A DNA stretch of 64,000 bases from Geosiphon pyriformis uo1 (taxonomy: Eukaryota; Fungi; Glomeromycota). Below the pieces are notes generated by a model. It ran no database searches. It was not told where the DNA came from and saw only the letters and a program-made list of their open reading frames with translations. The stretch covers positions 1,813,187 to 1,877,186 of the forward strand of contig JAAOMT010000436.1 in the NCBI GenBank assembly GCA_016748015.1. Reading direction: 5' to 3'. Below are positions 12,001 through 25,188 of this stretch, piece after piece (positions within the stretch are counted from its first letter, which is position 1; the number at the start of each line of letters is the position of its first letter). The translations under genes and the position numbers were made by a program.

Positions 12001-15000
12001 TTTGCCAATATATTATTCTTATTAATAACTAAGTCTATAAAAAAACTTTATTTGTTACTGTTTATAGTTAAACAATTAATTAGTTAGACTTATAATAAAG
12101 ATAAAATCTAGAAAATAATTATAACCAAATAAAAAAATATTATTATTAAAAAAATACATGTTATTAAGAATATATTAATAACAATAGAAAAAATAAATAA
12201 TCTTTTTACAGATAATTTAAAAGCTTTTTAAGAGTGTTATTAAGAACTTACTTCTATTCAAAAAAAATAAAAACAAAAATTGGCTGATTTTAATATAAAA
12301 TTATGTAATTATTATCTAATTTTTTGTCATTTTTAATATTATAATAAATATAATTTCTTATTTAACTTTCAAAATATTTTATTTAATTTATAAACTTGAA
12401 AAACTTGAAAAAAAATATAAATTAAATACAAAAAATATTATATTTTAAGAGCCAAATATGATTACTAAAATTGAATAATACTTTATCTATTCTAATCTGT
12501 TCAAAAAATTAAAATTAAAATAATATAATAACAATAACAAAAGAATATGTTTTAAAAAAACATATGTAAATAATGCTAAATTTAATTTAAAATACTTTGA
12601 ACAATTTTTTATAGTTATAGTATTTTATTTTCTTATAAAAATTAATCTTAAATTAGCTGAAAATTTCTATTAATATAATAATACAAATTGCTATTTTATT
12701 TTAATCTAATAAACAAAAAAATAATGTTAGATATATTAGAAATATTATTATAATGCTTTAAAACAATTCTAATAAGTCTTATATAATTAAATTACAGAAA
12801 AAAATTATATAAGCCATTTTTTATCTCTTGTTAAAATTTTTCAATTCATTTTAATAAACATCTAAAAAAATTAAACTTTTTACTAGAGAAATTTAAAAGT
12901 TTAAATTTAGTAGAACAAAAAATATACAAATTAATTATGTAAAAAAGTTTAATAATAAGATAAACTTATTTATACTGATACTATAATTTTAATTTTATCC
13001 TGCTATCAATATATTATAAGAGTTAAACAAAAAGTTTAAAATAAAGCTTTATTGTTTGAAGCTGTTTTATAAGTCTGTTATTTAGCCAATATTATAAATT
13101 TTTATATTTTTGCCAAAATTCACAAATATTTTAAAATTTTCATCTACAACTTCACAAAAAATATTATTAAAATTTCCAAAAAAACTTTTATTGAATTCAT
13201 AACTATAAATATTTAAAAGCCAGAAAGATCTTAATCTATATTTGACTTTACATATTTATTTCTATTTTGTAAAATTATTTTTTAAGTATAAAATATGCCA
13301 AAAAAAATTTATCTGTTTATCTCAGAAAAATTTAACAAATTCAATTTTGAAAATTTAAGTATTTTTTGGTAAATACAACTTAAAATTTTGTTAAATTAAT
13401 ATGTTAATGTTTTTGCTAGCAAGAATAAATTTGGATATATGAATATTATAAAACACAAAATTAATACTGAAGATATTAGACTAATTAAACAATGAGTTTA
13501 TTAAATTATTTCAAATAAAAATAATTTAATCAAACCAAAAATACAACAGATGTTAGATAATAGTTTAATTAAAAAATTTCTAAGCTCTTGGTTTTTATCT
13601 GTTATTTTAGTTACCAAAAAAAATAAAAAAATATATTTCTGTGTTGATTATTAAAAACTTAATAATATAATTTTAAAAAATAATTATTCAACTTCTTTGA
13701 TTCAAAAAATTTTAGACAATTTAAAGAATAAAAAATAGTTCTTTTTATTAAACTTAGCTAACAAATATTGACAAGTTAAAATAAATCTAAATAACAAAAA
13801 AAAAATCGTATTTACAACTTAAAATAAAAATTTTAAGTTTAATATAATAATTTTTGAATTATATAATGTTTTAGCTATTTTTTAATATCTAATAGATATT
13901 ATTTACAAAAAAATCATGTAAAAATTAGTTGTTGCTTACTCAAATAATTAATATGTTTTTAAAAACATTTAATAATTATCTATTTTACTTTTAATAAGTC
14001 TTTAACTATTTTCAAAATACAAAACTCAAACTCAATTATAATAAATATTTCTTTGGAAAAATTAAGCTTAAATTTTTAAAACATATTATTAAAAAAAATA
14101 AAGTAAAACCAAATCCAAACAAAGTTAAAAAAGTTAAAAATTTTTCTGCTCTAATTAATTTTTGCAAACTGAAAAAATTTTTAAGACTTATCAAATATTA
14201 TTACTGATTTATTAAAAATTTTTTAAATATTGCCAAGCTTTTTTAGTATTTATTTTCGAAACAAATTTCTTATAGTTAAAAAACTGGTCAACAAAAAACT
14301 TTAATTATTTCAAATAATAACTTATTAAAACTCTAATCTTAATATATTTAGACTTTAATAAAAAATTTATTATAATTATAAACATATTCAAAAATGTTCT
14401 TAAAACTATTTTATTCTAAATTAAACTTAATAATCAAAAATACTTTATTGCTTATGTCAATTGTAATATTAATACAGTTAAAAAAATATACAACACCACA
14501 AATTTGGAGTGTTTTTTTATTTACTAGTCTGTACAAAACTGAAAACATTATTTTTGCTAAATATTTAATCTGTATACAAATCATAAAGGATTAATTTGAT
14601 TACTCAATAAACTACAACTCAAAAAAAAATTTACAAAATAAACTACTTACTTGCAGCAATTTTTCTACAAAATACATTATAAAAAAAAACTAAAAACACC
14701 AATTTTAACAGTTTGTTAAGAATAATTCAAGTTTAGTCTGACCAAATAAATACATCTAAGTACTAATAATTATATCAATATTTGTTAATATTTTAATTTA
14801 AAAAAAAACTATCTCAATAAAAACAAAGTATTATATAAAAATAAGTTTAAAATTATTTTATTTACAATAAACAGTTATATTAACAAAAATGTCAAAACCA
14901 TAATACATTACAAAAAATCATAAAAAATACAATAAAAAAAACAATTTTATTTAATATGTATTTTAATCTAACTGTTAAATACTTTAACAAAGATGTTATC

Positions 15001-16639
15001 TTAAAAAAACAATAAATTTATACTATTGGCTAATAATATATAAAAATATCTTTAAATATATTTATAACTGTAACTTGTATCAAAAAAAAATAAGCCAAAA
15101 TAACAAAACCATTTTAATTTATTCTAGTTGAAAATTTATTTAATAAAATTGAAATTAATTTGATTAAATCTTTTAATTATTTTCAAAAAAATTGATATAT
15201 TGTAATAGTTATAAACAATTTTACAAAATAGCCAGAAATCTGAATCATTTAAATTGCAAATGTTAAAACAATAACTAAATTTGTATATTAAGATCTAATC
15301 TACTAATATAAATGGCCAAAAAATTATTATTTAATTAAAAAACTCACTTTGTTAATAATACTTTGGCAAAACTAAGTTAATAATTTAAAATAAAATGACT
15401 TTTGTTATTTTTATATTATTTGCAGACAAATAAATTAATAGAATAATTTAACCAAACATTATATAAAGTTTTAGCAAAAACATACCAGTTTATAAAAACA
15501 CTGAAAAATAATTATAAAACAGTAGCTAACAATATTAATAACTCTTAAAAATAATAAAAAGAAAGACATAATAATTGTTTACTAGAACAACTAATTAAAT
15601 TTAAGATAAAAAACAAAGTATTATTACATTATACAAAAACTAAAAAACAGTAAATAAAAAATTTGACCCAAAATAAGACAGACTATTTTATATATATGAA
15701 ATTTTTAACAATAAAACTTATAAACTATGAATAAAAAACAAAATTTTAAAGAAATTACACATAGAAATTATCTAAAACTTTATTATACAACACAAAAATT
15801 GTCATTAATTATATTACAACTAGAAACACAAATTCTATTAATTAGATCTGAAAATATTTTACAAGATCTGAAATCAATTATTATAATTAAATATAATCTA
15901 TTTACAGAAAATTAACTTATATAGATTAGATATATAAATACTAAAAAACTAATAAAAAAAACCAAAAATAACATGTTTAACATAAATTTTTCAGACAAAG
16001 TTTTGAAACTTTTACAACAATTGTTTGAAACAATTTAATAATTTACAATATTAATAAAAATTACAATTAATAAAAAAAAGATATAATATAAAGCTACAAG
16101 CAAAAAAAAAATAAGCAAAAATTTAACTAAAATTAAATATTTTTTATTTTATGTAAAATCAAAAAAAATACATATATTTAAACACTAAAAAAAATAAAAA
16201 AAGCTTTAAACAACTTAATTATAAAACTAAATACTGAAAAATAGATATCAAAAATTTTTACAATATAAAAAAAAACTTTTATTAACATATTAGTTCTTTA
16301 AAATTGGTAAAAAACTAAATCTACAAATATTATATAAAGACAACAATAAATAAATATTCAATAGAAAAGCACTAAAAAGAGTAAAAAAATTAATTAAAAA
16401 AAACAATTTGATGCTATATTATAAAACAATATATTCAGTATTTAAATGCTATTTAATCATATTATTAAACAATTTATTAAAAACTATTATAGTTAATAAC
16501 ATCAGACAAATAACAAATTCTTAATTTAAAAAACTATAAAAAGCAATATTTAACATGACAATTGAATATTTCACCAAAAAAACAACTTTTAAAAATATAT
16601 ATAATTTTATAAAAGCTTAATTCTAAAAAAAAAGAATAA

Positions 16640-17584
16640 TGTTATTAGAATAAAAAAATAATTAAAAACTTTTTAAAAAGACATAAAAACTACATAATAA
16701 TATAGAAAAAATGTAATAATATAAAATAATACAAAATAATACAAAATAATTTAAAATAATTTAAGATAACACAAAATAATATACTATAATACAAAATAAT
16801 ACAGAATAATTAATAATAATATAGAATAACTAGTTATAATATAAAAAAACAAAGCAATAATTAAAATAGCAAACAATAATTAATAATAATAAACAATTAA
16901 AAACAATTCTATAGAATTAAAAAATATGTATAAAAAGAAATAGTTTTAATAGATAGAAAAAAAACAAACTAAACAAAAATTAGCTTAATATTTTTATATT
17001 ATTCTTAGTCTTAAAACTCTTTTTTTTATTTTAAATTTATCAAATAAAATATTATTGTTTAATATATAAATTTATAATTTTAATATTCTAATTGTTAAGA
17101 TCTAATTAATTGTTTTTAATTATTTTTATTTCAGATCAAATGCTATTAATATAAATATTTTTGGAAATTTAATAACTTGAATTAATTGCTCTTAATCATA
17201 ATAATTAACAAAATACTATTTTTTTTTTTATAAGGCAATAACATTAAAAATTAATTATCTAAGAATAGTCTTATAATAATCTAATAAAAAAAAATCTTCT
17301 TTTAAGATTTGATATTAACTTTATCTTATTATTTTACCAAAAAAACAAAAAAACAATGCTGAATTTTAGTAACTGTACTTACTAACTCAAAGAAAAATAC
17401 AATTATAGCAACACAATTAAAAAAACAATATCTTTATGTTTTATAATAAAAAAACTTAATAAGTAAAACTTTAAACAAAAAAACTTTTAAAGATTAATAA
17501 TTTATAATATAATTAAAGCCAATTTATTTATTCTTTATACTGTTTTCAATATTAAATCATAAGCACTAAAATTTATTTATAATA
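16640..17584 (+). repeat. 3' LTR of the old Gypsy element
   Basis: Starts TGTTAT, is collinear with 1263-2235, and is followed by TSD ATGG. Confidence 0.85.
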
Positions 17585-20500
17585 ATGGCCAAAATTATTA
17601 AAAATAAACAAATATAAAATTTAAGAGACTGTTATTATATTCTTTTATATATATTATTAATAAATATTTTTGTTTATAATTTCTTAGATTTAATTTTATT
17701 TTATAATAAAAAGACATGTTATATTTTAGGTAACTTTATTATATATATACAAATATATTGTGTTTGTTTTAATTCTGTTATTGTCAAAGATATTATTATT
17801 TATTTTATTTTATTTTTTAAAGATATTATTCTGATTTGAATTAGATTATTAACTTCAAAGTATATTAAATATAAAAAACACAATTATATTTTTAGTATAT
17901 GTAAACTAGCTTTAAAATTATTCAGTTGGGACTTGAAAATTTTTTTGAAACTAACAAAAAGCATTTTATATATATTTATGCAAAAAAGTAAATTTCTGTA
18001 TTTTATTTAATATTCTTTAGTAATATGACTTGGGCTTTTATAGTAAATAATATTTTAAAAAGTTTTTTTTTATGTTATTTATTGGTATTTTTTTGGTAAA
18101 ATCTTTATTTAATGCTTTTAATAAAGATTTTATAACTTTAATTTTGGTCTTTTATTTAGATATTCTGGAATGTTTTTTAAAATTTTTGTTCAACTATGTT
18201 GTTAAAATTTTTTACAAACTAATTAGTTTTTGTTTGTTAATATTATTAATATATACTAAAAAAACACTTATATTAACTGTTAATTTAGAACTTAATATAA
18301 CTGCTAATAAATTATTGCCAAATTTTTATGTGTTATTTAATATTACTAACATGTTCTAAAAAATTTTTCTAATAATTTGAAAATTTTATCCACCAAAATT
18401 AGTAATTTAAAATCAATATAATAGTTTAAAAGATTTAATAAAATTTATTTTAGATAAGTTAAAATTTTTTAGTTTAACTAGTAATATAATATTTTTTTTC
18501 TATTTTTAATAAATAATTTAACTTAAAAAATAGTTACATGTAATATTAAAAAAATAAATATTTTTATTAAGTAAAATAATATTATTAAATAACATAGAAA
18601 ATTAAAAAATAATATTTTAATTGTTATTAAAACTAAGCTTTGTTCTAATATTAAGTCTTTGTAAATAAGTTTATTAGTATATAGATATTTACTTCTAATT
18701 TAAATTCAGAATATTTGAACATTAGTATTATATTAATTATAAATAAATACTTGGTTAAACATGTTTTTAAAATTTTAAAAATTCCTAATAGGCTTTTAAT
18801 AATTTATTTATTGTTTAAAAACAAACAGTCAGTTTTTGTATTAGGTTTATATATTAATATATTATTAAAAAAACAATTAGTTTAAATGCCAAAAATTAAT
18901 TTTTTTATTATTAAAGCAATTAATAATAGCACTTTTATTGTTTTAAAAGATAATTTTAATGAAAACAATATTAAATACAGTGCTAATTTTAAGAAATATT
19001 TAAATTTTAGTTTGGTCAATTTTTTAATTGGTAATTTATTTTTTCAAATTTCTACTTAAAAAAACTCTAAAAATGTCAAAAAGACAATGAATTGTATTTT
19101 TATATTGTTAAATTTTGTTAATATAATAATTAACAAGAAAATATTATATGTAAATAAGTTTTTTAATATTAATTATCATTTTGTTTTTACTTTTATTGGT
19201 TTGGATAATATTTTGGAAATATATTTGTGTGTTTTTTACAAATAAACCAATAAAAACTAATGAAATACAACTTTAAGAAAGCTAATATAACCAAATAATC
19301 ATAATTTAAAAAAGTTATATTAATAAATATTGCTATATTTAGTATAAATTTTAACAATTTAAAAAAACTTTTTAATATAAACTCTATATAGAATATTATT
19401 TGAAGAATTGTTTGCTTTTAGCCAATAAAATTTTTTTTAAATTTTAAAATAAGAATTATAATAATGTTTTTACCAAAAATTTATTTTACTTTTACAAATT
19501 AAAAATTCTGGTTTCTAAAATTATTTAAATTTTGTATTTAGATCTTAAATATAAGATTAATATTTTATTAAATTGTTAGTTTTTAATTAATAATATAAAT
19601 ACTTATTATATTCAAGATTTCTAGAAATTAAATATTAGTCTTAATATAGTTAAGTTTAAGTTGGTTAAAATCAGAAAATTTTATTATGCACTTAAGTTTG
19701 CTGAATCTTAATAAACTGAAATTATGAAAATAAATTTTGCTATTATTAAGAAAATAAAAAATTTTTAAGTTAATAAAAAACATATTATTAAAAGTATTTT
19801 AGAATACTTTTTTTATAAAATAGTATTAAATTATTTAATAAATAGTAAGAATTTAATGCTAAAATCTAATAAAGCTAAATTTAGAATAAATTTTATCATA
19901 GAAAAATAAACAAAAAAACATAAAATATCAAAGACTATTTTCAAATATATAATATTAATAATATTTTTTATTAGTTTATATAGTTAATAATACTTTTTCT
20001 AAAATTATGAATATAATTAATTTTAATAATATATTAAAAATTATAATAAATTTGTCAAATAAAAAAGCTTTTAGATTATCTAAAATATCTAATTAACTTT
20101 GAAAAGATTATAATAAATTGGTTTTAGACATGTTATTAAATTTCTTAAATATTTTTTTTATTAATAAATCAATTTTTAATCTTAAAAAAAAGCTTAAATA
20201 TCAAAAATCTTTAGTTATATAATTAGAAAAAAGTTTTAACCAACATAAAACCTATTACTTTAATTAAAACAGCTTAAAAAATTCTTTTTAAGATCTTATT
20301 TAACAGAATTTTTTTGGTTTATAATAAGTTTAATATTTTTTATAAGAATAACTTTTTAGTATTAAAGAACATAATTATGTAATTTTCAATTTTTGTGATT
20401 AATTTAATAGTAAAAAATGTTTTAAAAAAAACTGTAAACTTTGGTTAATTTTGTAAAATATGTACAAAACATATAGTTTTGTGGTTTAGAAATACTTGAA

Positions 20501-23500
20501 AAACAGCTTGGTTTAAATTAAGATATATAACAGATTTGTTAAGTTTTTTGGTAATATTTATAATAATTAAGTTATTTAAATTATAACTAATTTTGGCTTA
20601 ATAAATAACTACTATATTCATAATAAATTAAATTAAAGTAAAATTTTTTCTTTTTTTTTTAATATATTGTTTATGATCTTTTTTTGTGCAAAATTAAAAA
20701 ACAAAAACATATATATAAATACAGAATTAATTTTAAGTTTGTGATTAAAACAAATTAAGTTAAAAACCAGATGAATCTAATGTTTTTTTATTGTTAATGT
20801 TTTTGTTAATAATACAATTTAGATAGACAATAGTTAAACTATAACTTAGTATATATTAGATATTACAAGTGAATTTTTTCAAATTAATAATATTTTAATC
20901 AACAATAATAAAATAGTAACTATTTTTATTAATCATAAAATTGGAATTTTTTTTTAATAATTAGTAGTTTGTTATCTTAATTGTTAAAAAAAATTTATAG
21001 ATATTTAAGTATTTTTTTGTTAACAGATAATTTGTTAAAGCTTAACTTGACCAAAACTTATTTAAATATTAATTTTTTTATAAGTTAAGTCTTAAAAAAA
21101 ATTATTTTTAACAAATAGTTTTTTTATTTGGTTTTAGTAATTTTATATCTTATTGTTATTTATAAAACCCAATTTAGCTTTGTTTTAATTATATATATAA
21201 TAAATAGAATATTTTAGTTTGAAAAGATTTAAAGTTAAAATTTGATTTGTTTTTAAATTTTTTAAGTAATACAATCTATTATTTTTTTTATATAACTTTA
21301 AATTTTTTAAGCAAATACAAACTAAGTACAAGTTGGCTTTTTTGTTAAACTTTTTTAATATTGGTGGTATTTTAAACTGGTTGTTTAATTATAAATCTTT
21401 GAATTTTTAAGTTTTGAGCTGGTTTTTCTTTTATTTTTTATATTTTTATGTTTGTTTTAAAGTTAGTTTAGTAAACAATTTTTTGGCTGGTATTTCAAAA
21501 AATTTTTATGGTTATAATTTGTTTTTAGTGAATTTTTATACACTGTTTTTTTATTTTTGAATAAAATTTCAATATTAATAGTTTTAGGTAACTTGGTTTT
21601 TTTCAATGTATTTTGTTTACTTAGAAAGTTTGATATTATTTTTATTGAACAATTACATGACAAAAATAGTGGTGTTTTTAATTAAAAATTTTTAAATAAT
21701 AGAAAAAATTGAACTTTTATGGTCTGATTCTTAGATAATTTATTTTGGCAATTAAGTTTTTAAGTAATTTAGTCTTTTATAATGCTAGTTTATCTTTGGT
21801 TTTTGGTTTTTGGTTTTTAAATGTGTTGAATTTAAGTAATTTTGGTTTGATTTATGATAGACTATTTAGTATTAATGTGATTTATCTGTTTATTTACACT
21901 AATAGTTTTTTAAACAGTTTAAATATTATTAATATAAGAATTAATATAGCAGTATTTTTTAAGAATTTGAATTTGAATATAATATCAAAATATCTAGTTT
22001 AGTCTTTTCTATAATAATCAAACTACAAACTATTGTATTGGTGTTACAATTTAAGAATTTAATAAGAATTATAAATAATATAAATTAGTCAAGCATAAAA
22101 TAGCACAACAACAATTTATAAAAAGAAATAATTTACAAATAACAGCAAGCATTATTTTACAATAGCAGCAAGCACTATCGTGCAAAAGCAGCAAGTATTA
22201 TTTCACAATAGCAGCAAGTACTATTTTACAATAGCAGCAAGCACTATTTAAAAATAACAGAAATAGAGTATTATAAGACATTATTTTGTAAAACAATAAT
22301 TATATATATATACAATAGTTTTTAATAATAAAAAATCAGAATAGCTTCAACTTAAAGCAACAAATATTTAAATAAAATCTTATTCAAAAAAAATTAATAA
22401 AAAAATAATAAATTGAATGAATATTACAATTATGAAATTAACAATAGAATTTACATATCTTTTTTAGTGAATGAAACTATCATTTTATCTTTGAACTTTT
22501 TGGAAGAATAATCTCTAATCAAGATTATTCACATGGTTACTAATTAAATTGAAAAAACTTTATTATATATTTAGGGAAATCGCAAAAAGACTATTAATAT
22601 TTTGTGTTTTTAGATTAGAGAAACACATCAGACAATTGCAAGAATAGTTTCAGAGAAGACTCCAGACAGTGGATAGATTTCAGATTAGCCTCTGGGAAGA
22701 AGTACACAACATACAAAGACAACTAGAATTAAAGAGAAGACTTATATCACAACATCAAGAAAAAACTTTTAGTACATCATTATTAATATTCAACACATAA
22801 AAATTAAGGAACTCATGAAAGACTGATTGCAATTAAAATAAAAGATTAACAATTAAAATATATTAAGAAAACACTTCTGTAATATTGGCTTTAAAATGTG
22901 TTTTTTTTGTACAATTAAAGTATTTTTTAACAGCTAAGTAACTTTAAATATATGTTTTTTAAAATTGGTTTTAGTTTTACCAGCTTTTTATAATTATTGT
23001 TAAATTAAATAATAATACATTTTAAATGTTATTAAAAAATAGAATTTGCATATTAATTAATGCAAAATTAAAGAACATTCTAATATTTTAGCTGGTGCTG
23101 TCTTTTTTTTAAATACAATATTTTTGGTTTGTATTTAGAAAAGATTTATTAGAGCTAATAGTTTAATTATGTTAAATAATACAAAGTATTTTGTTTATAA
23201 AATCTTTCAAACAATTTACTGTGCTTATTAAAAAGTTGAATTAAATACTAAAGTTTTAAATCTTAATTTGATTGAAAATATTAATTGGATCTAGTTTTTA
23301 CTAATTTAGTATTTTAATTTTTATATAACAGTTAGTTTTATAAACAAAACTATAGCTAATACATGTTTTTATTTTATAAAAATCTTGTATTATTGGTTGT
23401 TTATAACTGTTTGTAAATATCTATATAATAAATATTATCATAATGTATTGTGCTTTTATTGTAATAAAATTGAATTTTTAAATTATTTTTTTTATGTAAA

Positions 23501-23600
23501 ATAAATATTAAGATATACAAAAATTTATTTGATTTACATATAACTATTTGAAAAACTAAGTTTAATTTATACAAATTGTTATTATGTGTATTTTAACTAC
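17585..23600 (+). mobile_element. Old AT-eroded LINE (end of ORF1 and ORF2), split by the solo LTR at 22042-22884
   Basis: Eroded but collinear with the young LINE: WKVATCNVRG-like at ~18520, GGDFNE-like at ~18945, AFVDDTIW-like at ~20795, ELQ.IVL/ALEC across the LTR insertion, and the CxxC region at ~23450. The 3' end is approximate. Confidence 0.8.
22042..22884 (+). repeat. Solo LTR (family B)
   Basis: TGTTAC...GTAATA termini, TSD TTGG (22038-22041 and 22885-22888), ~23-bp tandem repeats (caatagcagcaagcactatt-like), and homology to 63327-64000. Confidence 0.9.
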
Positions 23601-23649
23601 TTGTTTTATATTTATCTAATATTATTATATATAAAATATTTTGATAATA

Positions 23650-25179
23650 TTAGCTCAAAAATAATTTAAAAAATTAATATTTAATTTAACAAAATATTAC
23701 AAAAAATTTTTATGTACTTAATATAAAACTTGTAAGTTTAAAAAATAATAATTAAATAAATAATCTAAAATACTACAAAAATTGAATTTTTCTTAAATCT
23801 GTTTAAAAATATTTTAAATCATATAAAAAAATAATATATTATTATAACTAAAAAATTTCTGAATAAATTAGTCTTAAATATTAACATTTTTAATAAACTT
23901 GTTTTATTTATTGTAAATACTTTTAAAAACAAAATTAACTTATATATAATAATTTATAATAAATTACAAAATTGTTAAGACTAAATAAAAAAACTATTTA
24001 TAGAAAAAAAATACCAAAAAATTTGTAAAACTTTTTTTGATTTATAACTAAAATTGGCAAATTATTAATATAAAAAAACATTCTTAGTTTTTTAATTAAT
24101 AGAAATATTATTAATTATAAAAAATTTATTTATAATATTCAAAATATATTAAATAATAACTTAATTATTTCTAATCTAAATAGTATTATTAACAAAAATT
24201 TTAACAGTAAAATAAAATATCAAATTAATTACTGTTTTAATTTTATTAATTTTAATAATATATCTAAAGTTGATTTTATAATTATATATTTTTTAACTTT
24301 ATATAAAAAAATATTATAAAAAACTTTCTAAAACAGCAAAAAAAATTTGTCTTAATTTAAACTATTATATATTATAGTTATTAATTTAAAATTTATTATT
24401 ATTTTATTAATATAAATTTTTAAAAAATCTAATAAACTTCTTATATATTTTAATTTTAATTATACTTTTTTGTAAATAATATTAGTCAACAAAATTATAA
24501 TTTTTTTTTATGTTTTGTAATATTAACTAAAGTTTTTATTTCTTTTTTAATAGTTTTAATTAAAGTAATTAGATAAAAATTTTTTCTATTTATATAACTT
24601 AAAAATCATAAAAATTTAGATTTTAGTTTACAAATTAAGAATAAATTTATTTTATAAATACAAATTTAATAAAACCAAAAATATTTTTAAAACAAAATTA
24701 TTATAATGTTTTTATAATTTATTTAAAATACTTAATAGATTAGTAATCTTTTTATTTGATAATTTTTTAATTATATTAAATAATTTATCAAAACTAACTT
24801 TAATTATCATACCAAAAGATACAATATTATTAATATAAACTAAAAATAAATATTAATGAATTTAATTATTTAAAATTATATTAGAAATTATTTTCTTTTT
24901 AGTTTAATTTTATATAATATTATTTATATTAAATTTGATTTTATTTAGAATTAAAATTAATTTATTATTTATAATAAAATAATTTAATATTATTTTATAA
25001 AATAAATATTCTAATATATTGCAAATTATATAATTTTTATTAATAATAAAACTTTTTATATATTTCAAAATAGCTAAATAAATTTTCAAATCAAAAACCA
25101 ATTAAGATTTATAAATTTTTATTAACTTGTATTTTTTTAGTTTTATTTATAATTAACAAAATAGTATTAATAATTAAAT
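23650..25179 (-). mobile_element. Old AT-eroded LINE ORF2 relic on the minus strand (probably continues beyond 28456)
   Basis: The reverse complement of ~24160-24220 reads as eroded FFTAGAFVDDTIWIGSS. ORF 24910-25101 is eroded MESFxxNKGHTIxSVLEHPFHKVVLDHLVV. Limits are approximate. Confidence 0.75.
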
Positions 25180-25188
25180 TTACATTAA

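Larger units (their letters stand above)
1263..17584 (+). mobile_element. Old, heavily AT-eroded Ty3/Gypsy LTR retrotransposon (interrupted by a LINE at 2462-9195)
   Basis: Two ~0.95 kb direct repeats, TSD ATGG, an eroded PBS (tttagtgttttt at 2236) and a purine run before 16640. Internal relics align by eye with protease (~11235), dUTPase (~12530-12900), RT (SWxSPVVLVxKK...FCVDY at ~13586-13650), RNase H and integrase. Confidence 0.88.

Noticed and set aside
22130-22260. Regularly spaced ~20-23 bp repeats here and at ~26555-26670 and ~34080-34190, superficially CRISPR-like
   Set aside because: They are tandem repeats inside LTRs with no unique spacers, in a eukaryotic context with no cas genes.
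658-25101. Short Ile/Asn/Lys/Leu-rich ORFs in the AT-rich zones (e.g. 658, 842, 1314, 10598, 14394, 18072, 21745)
   Set aside because: They are by-products of eroded TE frames or low-complexity sequence, not genes. They are not organellar DNA either, because they align with TE motifs.
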